DNA of 64,000 bases, from the IMG/VR virus record IMGVR_UViG_3300031576_000007, positions 1 to 64,000 of that record. One strand, written 5' to 3'. This DNA comes from a virus. Shown here piece after piece: positions 52,398 through 62,762 of the stretch; position 1 is the first letter of the stretch, and every line of letters starts with the position of its first letter. Below the pieces are notes generated by a model. That model had not been told where the DNA came from and made no database searches. It saw only the letters and a program-made list of their open reading frames with translations. A program made the position numbers and the translations under genes.

Positions 52398-52886
52398 AGG
52401 ATTGAATCAAGTGAATTATAATTACGCCGCAAATATACAACCTTATACTACTCCCTCTGGGGGTACAAACTCACAAGAAAAAACTGGAGTTAAGCTATAT
52501 AGTGAAACATTTAATGGTCTTGAATTTGATAGTTTTCACATTGCTATGTTACAAGAGGAAGAAACAGACAAGAAGTTATTAGAGCTATCTAAAGAGTTTT
52601 CTCCTAGATCTACTTCTTTAAAAGAATTTGTAGATAAGATTTCTTTAGGAACTAATTTCAATAGTCTTGCTCTAGTTGATCTTAGTTCCAAGAAATTTAT
52701 ATGTTCTTTTAAAAAATGTACTGTAATTATATTTGATGTTAACTCTTCTTATGAGACTGCTTTCTCCTCTATAGAAAAAAGACACAACATAATAACTCTA
52801 AAATTAAGATTTTCGTTTAGTGAATTAAGCTGTGATGCTACTACCGAAGTTTACTATAATAACATGCTACAGATGAGTAAAAGCGA

Positions 52887-53324
52887 ATGAAAAAACTAAT
52901 ATCGCTATTGTTGTGCATAGTCTGTGTGTTACCATCAACAATATATGCTAAAGATGATCTAAAAATAGAAATCGTAGAAGTTGAAAGGTTTCCTTTTAGT
53001 TTTAAAACTGATATTACGTATAAGTTTAAATTAGACGGCTGGGCGTTTACTCTAGATCAAGAAAAGAAGCTAAGATTTAGACTACTTGATGCAGACTATC
53101 TTGAAAAAGAGAACAAGCTCCTTAAAGATAATATAGAACAATATAAGAAGATGCTAGAAATAGAGAAGGAGATATCTAATAAGTACAAGGAAACATGGCT
53201 CCAATCTGACGAGCAATTAACAAAGGTGCTGAAAAGAGAAAGTAGAGCAAAACTGTGGTATTTGATACTAGGCATAGGTTTGACAATTGGGGCTGGAGCA
53301 GCTATAAGTCATGTAGGGAGATAA
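52887..53324 (+). CDS. signal peptide, coiled coil and C-terminal TM protein
   Basis: MKKLISLLLCIVCVLPSTIYA; LWYLILGIGLTIGAGAAI. Confidence 0.5.
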   Translation: MKKLISLLLCIVCVLPSTIYAKDDLKIEIVEVERFPFSFKTDITYKFKLDGWAFTLDQEKKLRFRLLDADYLEKENKLLKDNIEQYKKMLEIEKEISNKYKETWLQSDEQLTKVLKRESRAKLWYLILGIGLTIGAGAAISHVGR

Positions 53325-53325
53325 A

Positions 53326-53877
53326 GTGATTTTGGAAGTATTATTTGGTACTGTTGCAATTATATTACTTTATATTTTATTATTAAAATATAGATTTAAT
53401 AATGAGAGAGACTTATATATTGACAATGAAATAGTAAGATTAAGGCAAGAAACCCAAGCCTTGACTAATAATATTGGTGGTTTAGAGATGTTATTAGGCA
53501 GCAAGGAGAAAGAGCTTTCTGAACTCGCTAGACAGAAACAAGAATATAAAGATTTATTAGATCAGGAACTACAAAAGAATAAGAGTATAATTAGTCAAAA
53601 AAAAAGCAGTGAGATAAGGACAGGATTCATAGCCGAACAATTAGCTCCTTATATGATGCCTAAATATGACCCTAAAAATATAAAGTTTATAGGAGCTCCA
53701 ATAGATATGATAATCTTTTGCCCCGATGAAATTGTCTTTTTAGAAGTAAAAACTGGTGGATCGCACCTATCTTTTAATCAGAAGAGGATAAGACAATTAG
53801 TTCAACAACGTAAAGTTCGTTGGGAAGAATTTAGATTACGGAATAGCAGGAGTAACAAGAATGATAAATCTAATTAA
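53326..53877 (+). CDS. TM-anchored endonuclease related to archaeal Holliday junction resolvase
   Basis: N-terminal TM, coiled coil, GFIAEQLAPY, FIGAPIDMI, FLEVKTG..LSFNQ. Confidence 0.75.
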   Translation: MILEVLFGTVAIILLYILLLKYRFNNERDLYIDNEIVRLRQETQALTNNIGGLEMLLGSKEKELSELARQKQEYKDLLDQELQKNKSIISQKKSSEIRTGFIAEQLAPYMMPKYDPKNIKFIGAPIDMIIFCPDEIVFLEVKTGGSHLSFNQKRIRQLVQQRKVRWEEFRLRNSRSNKNDKSN

Positions 53878-54208
53878 GAGTCTACCTAAAGGCCTGTTAA
53901 AATATGTTTTAGCATTTAACGGGTTCAATGTATTGGATGCTATTATGACACTATTTGTATTATCTCATGGAGGAAGAGAACTTAATCCTATAATGGTTTT
54001 TTTAATAAATTCTCATCCTATATTTTTTGTATTGACTAAGTTATCATTAGCTGGTATAATGACTGTTTATTGGATTAAAAAAGGGCACTGGAAAAGCATA
54101 AAGTTGTGCGCCTTAGCTTTTTATAGTGTATGTGTTTGGAATTCAGCTATGATTTTCTCAATTATAGAAAGAGCAGTACAAGTAGGGAGAGCAGCCAGTG
54201 GAAATTAA
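53861..54208 (+). CDS. DUF5658-like membrane protein
   Basis: NVLDAIMT...ELNPIM...K motif. Confidence 0.6.
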   Translation: MINLIKSLPKGLLKYVLAFNGFNVLDAIMTLFVLSHGGRELNPIMVFLINSHPIFFVLTKLSLAGIMTVYWIKKGHWKSIKLCALAFYSVCVWNSAMIFSIIERAVQVGRAASGN

Positions 54209-54568
54209 GTCAGTTTCAGATATGACTATCGAAGAATTAGCGGAACAAAAATTTGAGGCTGGTAAAACATGGGTGGACGCTTGTGCTATTCACCATCGTA
54301 TGAACATTGGGTATGACAGTGGGGAAAAGCTACGAAAAATTATGGCTAAAATAAGATCTTCTCAACAACCCCCAAATGGGAAAAAAACCTGGACTCATGA
54401 CGAATTGCGCGATGCAGCGTTGGCTACAGATGAATATACCACATTCCTTAATCAGCTTAATGAAGCATACCAAGCTATGTTGGATACAGTCAATGAAAGG
54501 GATAAATGGGAAAATTTATTCGAAGGCCGGAGATCTCAGATGTCGTATGAAAAGAGCATGCTAAAATC

Positions 54569-56575
54569 ATGAATAAGAAGTTAAAAGAGCTTAAAGAATC
54601 TGTGGATAAGCAATTTGGTAAAGGTTCTGTTATACTTTTTGGGGAGGATTCAGATCTTTTTAATATTAAAGTAATCCCCACAGGAATTTTTAGTTTGGAT
54701 AGATCTCTGGGAATAGGTGGGATACCTAGAGGAAGAATGATTGAAATATATGGCCCGAATAGTACTGGAAAAACTACACTAGCTTTATACGTTGCTGCAT
54801 CAGCACAGAAACAAGGAGAAATTGTAGCTTACTTAGATTTGGAAAATAGTTTAGATAGAAATTTAGCCAATGACTTAGGAGTAAATGTTGATTCATTATT
54901 ATTCTCTCAACCTGATTGCGCAGAGAATGCCTTAGAAATTTTAGAGTATCTTGTAAGAAGTGGTGAAGTTGGTTTAATTGTAGTAGATTCTGTAGCAGCT
55001 CTTGTGCCTAGGGCTGAGTTGAGCGGGGAAATGGGGGATAGCGTTTCTTCTGACACCCCTGTTTTTATTAGGCACAAAACTAAAAAATATACAGATATAG
55101 TACCTATAGAAGATTTATATGGCGGTGGGGATAATTTTCTAGGAAAACAAAGAATTTATAAAAAAACAAAAAATATAGAAATACTTACACATAATGGTTG
55201 GAAACCTCTTTTAGCTGTGATTAAGAAAAAAAATGACACTAAAAAGAATCTATCATTAATTAGAACAACAACAGGTTATATAAAAACTACTGAAGATCAC
55301 TCTTTATTTCAAGATGGAAAAGAAGTATCACCAAAAGAGTTAAATATTTTCGATAGAATAGACGTTCATAATACGAATGATTTTAATTTTAATTTGAGTG
55401 GGGTTAATAAAAATATTGCTTGGTTATTAGGATTCTGGTGTGCAGAAGGTTCAACGAATAACAATGATTGTAAAAAGAACAGATTTGAAGTTTGTAATAT
55501 AAATTTAAATTTGATAAATAAATGCAAAGAAATCATTGATTCTAATTTTCCAACCATTGGGAAAATTAGAAGACCAAAATCAAAAGATTCAAGAAATTTA
55601 TTATATATTTTGACTTGTAATGCTGATTCTGATCTAGGATTTTTAATAGAAGAATGCAGAACTAAAAAATCATCCTTAAAAAAGGTTCCTTCTTTAATAT
55701 TAAATGCGTCTTCTGAAATTAAAGAAAGTTTTCTTGATGGTTTTTTTCAAGGAGATGGTTCACATGGTAATAAACACGGGAAAATTTATTATTATAATAA
55801 CTCATTACCTATGATTGCTGGAATTCAATATCTTTTACATAGTTTAAACAGGAAAACTGCAATTAGATTAGATAGAAAAAGACCTGAACAACTTATTTTA
55901 GAACAAGTAGAAAGCTTATTCCATAGAGAAAATGAAATCCGAGATAAGATTACATTAGATCCTCCTAATTTTTTGTATGACGTTTCAACCGAGTCGGGAA
56001 CTTTTGTGGCAGCTATCGGGAATATAGTTTGTCATAATAGCCATATGGGTCTCCAAGCACGTCTAATGTCCCAAGCGATGAGGAAATTAGTAGGGGTAAC
56101 TAACAAAACTGGTACAACAGTAATATGGATTAACCAGACAAGACAAAATATAGGTCAATTTTATGGTCCTAATGAAGTTACTTCTGGGGGTAATGCTTTA
56201 AAGTTTTACTCTAGCATAAGATTAGAAGTCCGAAAAGGTGAAACTCTAAAAGAAAAAGATACTGTGATAGGGCACTCTCTCAAAATAAAAGTTGTAAAAA
56301 ATAAACTATCCTCCCCTTTTACTACGTCAGAATGCAGCTTGATTTATGGCAAAGGTATCGATATCGCAGGAGATTTGTTTGATACTGCAATAATATCAGA
56401 TATTATAAAAAAGAGTGGGAGTTGGTATAGTTATGATGACAAAAGATTAGGTCAAGGACGAGATCAATCTATTCAATTTTTAATAGAGCAAGGATTACTG
56501 GATGAGATTACTAAAAAATTACAGAAACAAGAACCACCAAGCGCTGTACCCGAAGAAGTGAAATCAACAAAATGA
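54569..56575 (+). CDS. recA: RecA recombinase, intein-containing
   Basis: GGIPRGR, GPNSTGKTT, VVDSVAALVP, GLQARLMSQAMRK, GGNALKFYSS. Confidence 0.95.
   Translation: MNKKLKELKESVDKQFGKGSVILFGEDSDLFNIKVIPTGIFSLDRSLGIGGIPRGRMIEIYGPNSTGKTTLALYVAASAQKQGEIVAYLDLENSLDRNLANDLGVNVDSLLFSQPDCAENALEILEYLVRSGEVGLIVVDSVAALVPRAELSGEMGDSVSSDTPVFIRHKTKKYTDIVPIEDLYGGGDNFLGKQRIYKKTKNIEILTHNGWKPLLAVIKKKNDTKKNLSLIRTTTGYIKTTEDHSLFQDGKEVSPKELNIFDRIDVHNTNDFNFNLSGVNKNIAWLLGFWCAEGSTNNNDCKKNRFEVCNINLNLINKCKEIIDSNFPTIGKIRRPKSKDSRNLLYILTCNADSDLGFLIEECRTKKSSLKKVPSLILNASSEIKESFLDGFFQGDGSHGNKHGKIYYYNNSLPMIAGIQYLLHSLNRKTAIRLDRKRPEQLILEQVESLFHRENEIRDKITLDPPNFLYDVSTESGTFVAAIGNIVCHNSHMGLQARLMSQAMRKLVGVTNKTGTTVIWINQTRQNIGQFYGPNEVTSGGNALKFYSSIRLEVRKGETLKEKDTVIGHSLKIKVVKNKLSSPFTTSECSLIYGKGIDIAGDLFDTAIISDIIKKSGSWYSYDDKRLGQGRDQSIQFLIEQGLLDEITKKLQKQEPPSAVPEEVKSTK
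55040..56038 (+). mobile_element. intein (333 aa) with N-terminal Ser and LAGLIDADG endonuclease
   Basis: GEMGD|SVSSDTP, TTEDHSL, LGFWCAEGS and FLDGFFQGDG, VCHN|S. Confidence 0.9.
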
Positions 56576-56607
56576 TAGTATTTTGGCCAAAATAACGGGG
56601 CGATTAG

Positions 56608-57225
56608 ATGAAACGACCTAAACCTAAGGTAGTGTGCAAACAATGCAAAAACCCTATAAAAAAGGGCCGAAAACACGCAACGTCAGGGGTTCCCGCTAAG
56701 GTTTGCTCTGTTAATTGCGCCTTTAAGTTAAAGTATAGCAAAACTGTAGCAAAATTGGAGAATAAACTCAATTTATGTAAAAATACAGAAACCAAATTAG
56801 TAAAATTATGTATTAATGCACAAAGAATTAATACCCCAGGAGGGCTTTCTAAGAGTCAAATCAAGAGGTTAACTACACAGACTGAAGATTTAATAAAGAA
56901 ACCCCTAAATAAAGAAGATTTCGATAGAGATGATAATTACCTGACTTTTGTAAGAACCCTCCCTTGCATTGTTGATAGTTGTACTGTTAAACCTATCCAT
57001 GCTCATCACGTTGAGAGAGGTGGTATGGGTATTAAAGGGTCAGACTACTCCGTTGTGGCTTTATGTCATGAACATCATACATCAGGGTCTGATGCTATAC
57101 ATAATTTAGGAGTATCTGAGTTTGAGAAGACCCATGCCATCGATTTGGTAGTTGAACAGTTATATACTATCAGGCAATATGTAAGGTTGTTAAAATATGC
57201 AAAAGTTTCCTTGTCAAGTATTTAG
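56608..57225 (+). CDS. DUF968-like HNH-fold protein
   Basis: YLTFVRTLPC..C, HAHH, GMGIKGSD, LCHEHH. Confidence 0.7.
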   Translation: MKRPKPKVVCKQCKNPIKKGRKHATSGVPAKVCSVNCAFKLKYSKTVAKLENKLNLCKNTETKLVKLCINAQRINTPGGLSKSQIKRLTTQTEDLIKKPLNKEDFDRDDNYLTFVRTLPCIVDSCTVKPIHAHHVERGGMGIKGSDYSVVALCHEHHTSGSDAIHNLGVSEFEKTHAIDLVVEQLYTIRQYVRLLKYAKVSLSSI

Positions 57226-57864
57226 TGATAATACCACCCCCAAATTTAAAAATGGATATGTAATATCTACTATAAAAGATCATTATTCTTGTATCTGTGA
57301 TTTTATAGCTAAATACGCAAACATAGTGGATAATATAATTAGAACTGGAGCCCACAAAGATGGCTTAAACATTAAATATAGGGTACATTATTTTGATGAG
57401 GCAAAAAGAGAATATCACTTAAATTTAGAGCTTATAGATAATACTTTAGGGTATCCGGGCGGGCCAAGAAGGGTATTAATAGCCCCTCAGAGTCAGATTG
57501 AATACCATTGTGAAATTCAAGTTGCAGAAACATTTATGGAGATGGCTAATGACAACAATTAGAAAAGGGCAAGTGTACAGACCTACTAATAATTTTGCAA
57601 TCGGGGACCCATCCACCCCAAGTAAAGGTTCAGTATATATAAAGTCTGCTATTCATTTTATTGAGGTAGTAGAAGTTGGGTACAAAGGTAAAGAAGATTC
57701 AATTAAAATTTATTTAGATCATATAGATTCCTTTTTTGGGGAAAGACCTAAATGCTCAGAGAAAGGTATGTACGTTATACCAACTAAAATGTTGGAAGAT
57801 GATTGTGTATTGGGCGTTGCCCTTACCTTGAAATTAGGTAAGTGGTATATGGAGCACGAAAAAA

Positions 57865-57894
57865 ATGAATTTTAAAACTATTCTATGATATAAT
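57865..57894 (+). promoter_or_regulatory. extended -10 promoter, probably leaderless for the GTG at 57901
   Basis: TGATATAAT; start codon 6 nt downstream; no RBS. Confidence 0.55.
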
Positions 57895-57900
57895 AATACA

Positions 57901-58485
57901 GTGGACAGAAAAAAGTGTATAAAATGTAATAATATTAAAGATATAATAAAGTTCTATTTACGTTCAGATACTAAAAAGTATCGTAAGGAATGCAAGATAT
58001 GCTCTAAAGAATTTCACAGCAGTATCTATATTAAAAATATCAATAAGTATAAAAAACACAATAAAAATTATTACATTTCTAATAAAGATAAAGTACTAAA
58101 GCAACAAAAAGAATGGTATAAAGAAAACAAGGAACTTATAGCACAAAGAAGATTAGAATATCAAAGAAACAATCCAGAAGGACACTGTAAGAGGAATAAA
58201 ATATATAGAGATAGATACCCTAAAAGAAGACTATATTTAACACGAAAAAGACAGCTAGAAAAGCTTCAAAGAACACCAGTGGGGGCAAACTTAGATATAA
58301 TAAAAATCTTTTATGAAAACTGTCAACAAGGATATGAAGTAGACCATATTATTCCTCTAAAAGGAAAAACTGTAAGTGGCCTTCATATAAGGAGTAATCT
58401 ACAATATTTATTGCCAGAGGATAATTTGAAAAAAAGAAACAAGTTTGATTTTACTTTAGAAAACATTGGATGGAAAAATGGGTGA
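57901..58485 (+). CDS. free-standing HNH endonuclease with N-terminal Zn finger
   Basis: CIKC...CKIC; VDHIIPLKG..VSGLH...NLQ...DNLKKRNK. Confidence 0.85.
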   Translation: MDRKKCIKCNNIKDIIKFYLRSDTKKYRKECKICSKEFHSSIYIKNINKYKKHNKNYYISNKDKVLKQQKEWYKENKELIAQRRLEYQRNNPEGHCKRNKIYRDRYPKRRLYLTRKRQLEKLQRTPVGANLDIIKIFYENCQQGYEVDHIIPLKGKTVSGLHIRSNLQYLLPEDNLKKRNKFDFTLENIGWKNG

Positions 58486-60700
58486 CAGAAGATTATACAC
58501 GTTTTCAGATGTTCTTATAGAACCTCGTTTTTCTACAATTAAAAGTAGAAGAGATGTTGATTTAACAACTACTTTAGGTGATATTAAACTACACTTACCC
58601 ATCATAAGTGCTAACATGTCAACCATTACTGGTGAGGAGATGGCTTTAGTTATGGCTAAAAATGGCGGTATGGGCATACTTCATCGTTTTATGTCTATAG
58701 AAGATAATGTTGAAATGTGGAATAAAGTGTTCATGTCATTAAAGAACAGAGAAGTTGATACTGGTGGAAATATAAATGTCGGGGTTTCAATAGGGATATC
58801 AGACGAGGAAAAAGATCGAGCAGTAGCCCTCTATGATGACGATGCCTTCATATTCTGTATCGATGTAGCTCATGGTGCTCAGATGTCAGTTGTTAAACAA
58901 GTAAAGTGGATGAGGGAGAAATTTAAAGATAATGTATTTATTATTGTGGGGAATTTTGCTACCAGTCAATCTATAAATGATTTTGTTAATCATGCAGGGG
59001 GCAGGAGTATGCCGGACGCATTTAAAATTGGGATCGGGCCAGGTTGTCTTGCAGCGGGCACAAGGATATTGATGGCAAATGGTACTTATAAGAACATCGA
59101 AGACATCAAGCTACACGATAGAGTAATAAATCAAAATGGGGATGCGGTATCTGTAATTGGAACTAAGTTCTCAGGATATAAGAAAGTAGTAAAATATAAA
59201 AGTAATTTATGGTATGATTATACATATGCAACTCCTGACCACAAACATTTTGTAGGTAATTACAGTGGTATAAAAGATATCAATCAGTGTGTACTTAGAG
59301 TAGTCTTAGACAAAAGAACAAGATCAGGTAAAAGTAAGTATAGTTGGGAAGAACTAGGCACACTAAAAAATCATACATTTTTAATGCCAAAAAATATTAA
59401 ATTTGAGTTATCAGACTCTTTCTCAATAAAATTGTCTGATTTTTTTACAGCTAGACGAAGTATGAGTGGTTTTAGAGAAGATACGAATTTAACAATAGAG
59501 CCCTCGTATGAGCTTGGATATGTATTTGGTACTTTTTTAGGAGACGGGCATAGCAGCATTTCAAAGTCTATTAGAAGTACTGGTCGCTTGAATACAAGTG
59601 CTTTAACCACTTGGTATTTTGGTTTGCAAGAACAGTATATTTCTGATAAATTGGTGAAATGTTTAAAGTCTACTCTAAAAGTAGAAGCTAGTACAAAAAA
59701 GAGTAAAAACATGACCATTGTAATTTTGCGTAATAATTTTATTAGTAGATTTTTCAAAAGCTTTGGTACTAGAACCAATAAACATTTACCGGAACAATAC
59801 TTGTGTAATAATAAAGACTACCTAAAAGGTATATTAGATGGATTAGTAGATAGTGATGGCTACTATAAAAACGATGGTAGAGTTTGTTTTAGTAATACTA
59901 GCCGCAAGTTGGTTGAACTGTTTAATTTTGTATTTTTCCAAATAAATAACTATTTCCCAAGTCAACAATATAAAACCCCCTCTGCCGGGGGGTTAAAAAA
60001 TTGTCTTACTGATAACTGCAATCCTTCTTATGTGTCAAGAGGGATAAAAAATCCTACTTTTAATATGACTAAAGATCATTATGTAAATAGAATAATAGAA
60101 ATTCAGGATGAATCCGAATTATTAGTGCCTACTTATGACCTACAAGTGGATTGTAACACACATAGTTTTATAGCCAATCACATGATTGTTCATAATTCAA
60201 CTTGTACCACTAGGGTAAAAACTGGCGTAGGAGTCTCTCAGCTCAGCGCTATTCTTGATTGTTCTCATAATACTTCTTTCCCTATTATAGCAGATGGTGG
60301 AATGAGAACACCAGGAGATATTTCAAAGGCTCTAGCAGCAGGAGCAAAAGCAGTTATGCTAGGTGGTATGCTAGCAGGTACGAATGAAACTCCAGGTAGT
60401 TTCTTAGAAAAGAACTCGTTTGAGAGTGCTGTACTTGGGGGTCCTTGGGATAAATTTAAAAAGTACAAAGGATCAGCTTCAGAAGGCTATGGTAATGGTT
60501 GGAAAACTTCAGAAGGAGTTGAATTCTTGGTTCCTTCTAAAGGCCCAGTTGAGGTAATCCTTAAAGATATTGAAGGAGGACTTAGGTCTGCTTTTACCTA
60601 CACAGGAAGTTCCAACATAACACAATTTAGAAATAATGCTAAGCTAATATTAGTATCACAATCTACTATAATTGAAAATGGCCCACACGGAGCAAAATGA
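58478..60700 (+). CDS. GMP reductase/IMPDH family (no CBS domains), intein-containing
   Basis: FSDVL, SANM, IDVAHG, GIGPG|intein|STCTTR, IADGG, VMLGGMLAG. Confidence 0.88.
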   Translation: MGDRRLYTFSDVLIEPRFSTIKSRRDVDLTTTLGDIKLHLPIISANMSTITGEEMALVMAKNGGMGILHRFMSIEDNVEMWNKVFMSLKNREVDTGGNINVGVSIGISDEEKDRAVALYDDDAFIFCIDVAHGAQMSVVKQVKWMREKFKDNVFIIVGNFATSQSINDFVNHAGGRSMPDAFKIGIGPGCLAAGTRILMANGTYKNIEDIKLHDRVINQNGDAVSVIGTKFSGYKKVVKYKSNLWYDYTYATPDHKHFVGNYSGIKDINQCVLRVVLDKRTRSGKSKYSWEELGTLKNHTFLMPKNIKFELSDSFSIKLSDFFTARRSMSGFREDTNLTIEPSYELGYVFGTFLGDGHSSISKSIRSTGRLNTSALTTWYFGLQEQYISDKLVKCLKSTLKVEASTKKSKNMTIVILRNNFISRFFKSFGTRTNKHLPEQYLCNNKDYLKGILDGLVDSDGYYKNDGRVCFSNTSRKLVELFNFVFFQINNYFPSQQYKTPSAGGLKNCLTDNCNPSYVSRGIKNPTFNMTKDHYVNRIIEIQDESELLVPTYDLQVDCNTHSFIANHMIVHNSTCTTRVKTGVGVSQLSAILDCSHNTSFPIIADGGMRTPGDISKALAAGAKAVMLGGMLAGTNETPGSFLEKNSFESAVLGGPWDKFKKYKGSASEGYGNGWKTSEGVEFLVPSKGPVEVILKDIEGGLRSAFTYTGSSNITQFRNNAKLILVSQSTIIENGPHGAK
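59045..60196 (+). mobile_element. intein (384 aa) with LAGLIDADG endonuclease
   Basis: CLAAGT, ATPDHKH, FGTFLGDG and LDGLVDSDG, IVHN|S. Confidence 0.9.
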
Positions 60701-61488
60701 GTAGAATATTAGATGCATTATTTATACTATTTAAAGGGAGAAAGGCACTAGTGGCAAAAGATAAAAATAAACTACCCACAACATTCGCTAAGGAAACTGA
60801 AAAATATTTTCATGAAGATATTGAAGGTGTAGCTAAAGAAGAACTTGATTTCGATACCTTCCAAACCGTTAGTCTGCCTAACAGCAATAAGCTTGTAACA
60901 GCTAGGAATAAGAAGACAAAAGAGATCCAAGGTGTTAGGATGTTGATTAAAAAAGAGGAAAAAAAGAAATGACTTTAAAAACTATTTCAGAAAAAATACA
61001 AAAATTATTCGGTAAGTTCCCATACTACCTTTGTTCAGGAACTGCTGGTAATGAGTACTTATTTTGTAGAGAATTAACTCATTTTATTGGTGGAGTTATT
61101 ATAGGACTGATTCCTGCTTTAACAAGTTCTGTACTTTTTAGTATTCTAGCTGGTTGGCTAATATTTATAATAATTGTATTAAAAGAAATATCAGAAGACA
61201 ACAAGAGTCAGTCTAGATTTAAAACAATAATTGATGTGCTATCCTGGACCATAGGGTTTCTTACCCCAACTCTTATAAAATTTGTTCTTTAGAAAGGTTT
61301 TATGATTAGATTTCAAAAATTAGGACTATTAGAAATATTTTTATCTGGGCTAATAATTGGGTTTATTCCAATAAATTTCTTAATCAATACTAAAGGCATG
61401 ATTTTAGTTGATTTAGCTGCGGCTTCAATTTGTTTGTGGTTTGGTTATAGAGATCTGAAAGATCCAGAGTAAACTGTAGGGGAGAAAA

Positions 61489-61845
61489 ATGAGCAATAAG
61501 AATTCATTTGATGCATATCAAGAAACGGCAGCAGAAACAGCGGTATTTCCTAGAAAGTCACAGTTAGAAACATTGATGTATTTGGGATTAGGACTTACGG
61601 GAGAATCTGGGGAATCAGCGGAAAAAATAAAGAAACTATACAGGGATTATAATGGAGTAATAACAGAAGAATTTCGAGACAACTTAATTAAGGAGCTAGG
61701 GGATATTATTTGGTATGCCTCCCAAATTGCCCTAGAACTTGGTGTTAATTTTAGCGAGGTAGCTGAGAGAAATATAGAAAAGTTGCAGAGTAGAATGAAA
61801 CAAAATAAAATTCAAGGTAGTGGGGATAACAGAGAGAATCAATAA
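61489..61845 (+). CDS. MazG-like nucleotide pyrophosphohydrolase
   Basis: GLTGESGE..EKIKK, KELGDIIWY, NIEKL..R...GSGDNR. Confidence 0.85.
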   Translation: MSNKNSFDAYQETAAETAVFPRKSQLETLMYLGLGLTGESGESAEKIKKLYRDYNGVITEEFRDNLIKELGDIIWYASQIALELGVNFSEVAERNIEKLQSRMKQNKIQGSGDNRENQ

Positions 61846-61846
61846 T

Positions 61847-62407
61847 ATGATAGAAAATAATAAAAAAACTACAGTAATTAATCTATTTGGAGGTCCTGGT
61901 GCTGGCAAATCTACACTTGCATGTGAATTATTCAGTTCTCTGAAACATAGAAAGGTTAACACGGAGTTGGTTAGAGAATATGTTAAAGATTGGGCTTGGG
62001 AGAGCCGTAAGATCAACCCAATCGACCAGCTTTACATTGCAGCTAAACAATTCAGAAGAGAACAGATTCTCTACGGTAAAGTAGATGTTATTATCACTGA
62101 TTCTCCTATTATTTTGAGTGCTGTTTATGAAGAAGTATATTCTAAAAACACTAGAGTTTGGGGGGTACTACCAACTTATCTTTCAGTAGATCCTAATGTT
62201 AAACACCTAAATTTCTTTATCAAAAGACATAAAGATTATGTGCAAGCTGGTAGATATGAGGATGAGTCACAAGCCAAAGAAATTGATAAAACCATAGAAT
62301 CATTCCTTATAAATAAGAACATCCCCTATACAACTATAGATTGCCTTGATAATATTAGGTCTTCTAAAATATTGGATTTTTTATTTAATGAGGGCTTTAA
62401 ACAATGA
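61847..62407 (+). CDS. NadR-like/AAA_28 P-loop kinase or ATPase
   Basis: GGPGAGKST, EYVK, ITDSP, GR. Confidence 0.75.
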   Translation: MIENNKKTTVINLFGGPGAGKSTLACELFSSLKHRKVNTELVREYVKDWAWESRKINPIDQLYIAAKQFRREQILYGKVDVIITDSPIILSAVYEEVYSKNTRVWGVLPTYLSVDPNVKHLNFFIKRHKDYVQAGRYEDESQAKEIDKTIESFLINKNIPYTTIDCLDNIRSSKILDFLFNEGFKQ

Positions 62408-62762
62408 TTAGAGGTCATGAATATTATTATGAAATGCATAATGAAATTAAAGAGCTTAAAGATTATATAAGAGAACTTACATTAACTAATGGTGTTTTGA
62501 CTAGAGATATAGAAAGACTTAATGAGCTTTTAGATAGTTGCAGAAAAATATCAGATATTAGATCAAAAGAACTAATAGAATTAAAGGAGAAATTGAATGG
62601 CTGAGCAAGTAATAAGTGTTTCACAAGCATCTAAATTGTCTAATGACAAGTTAGTTGGTAAGAAAAAGAAGAGTACTAAAGATAAATACCACACAAAAGC
62701 TCTTAAAGTAGTAAAGAAGGATAAAAGATTGAACAGCTTAAATAAACAGATAAAGAATAAAA

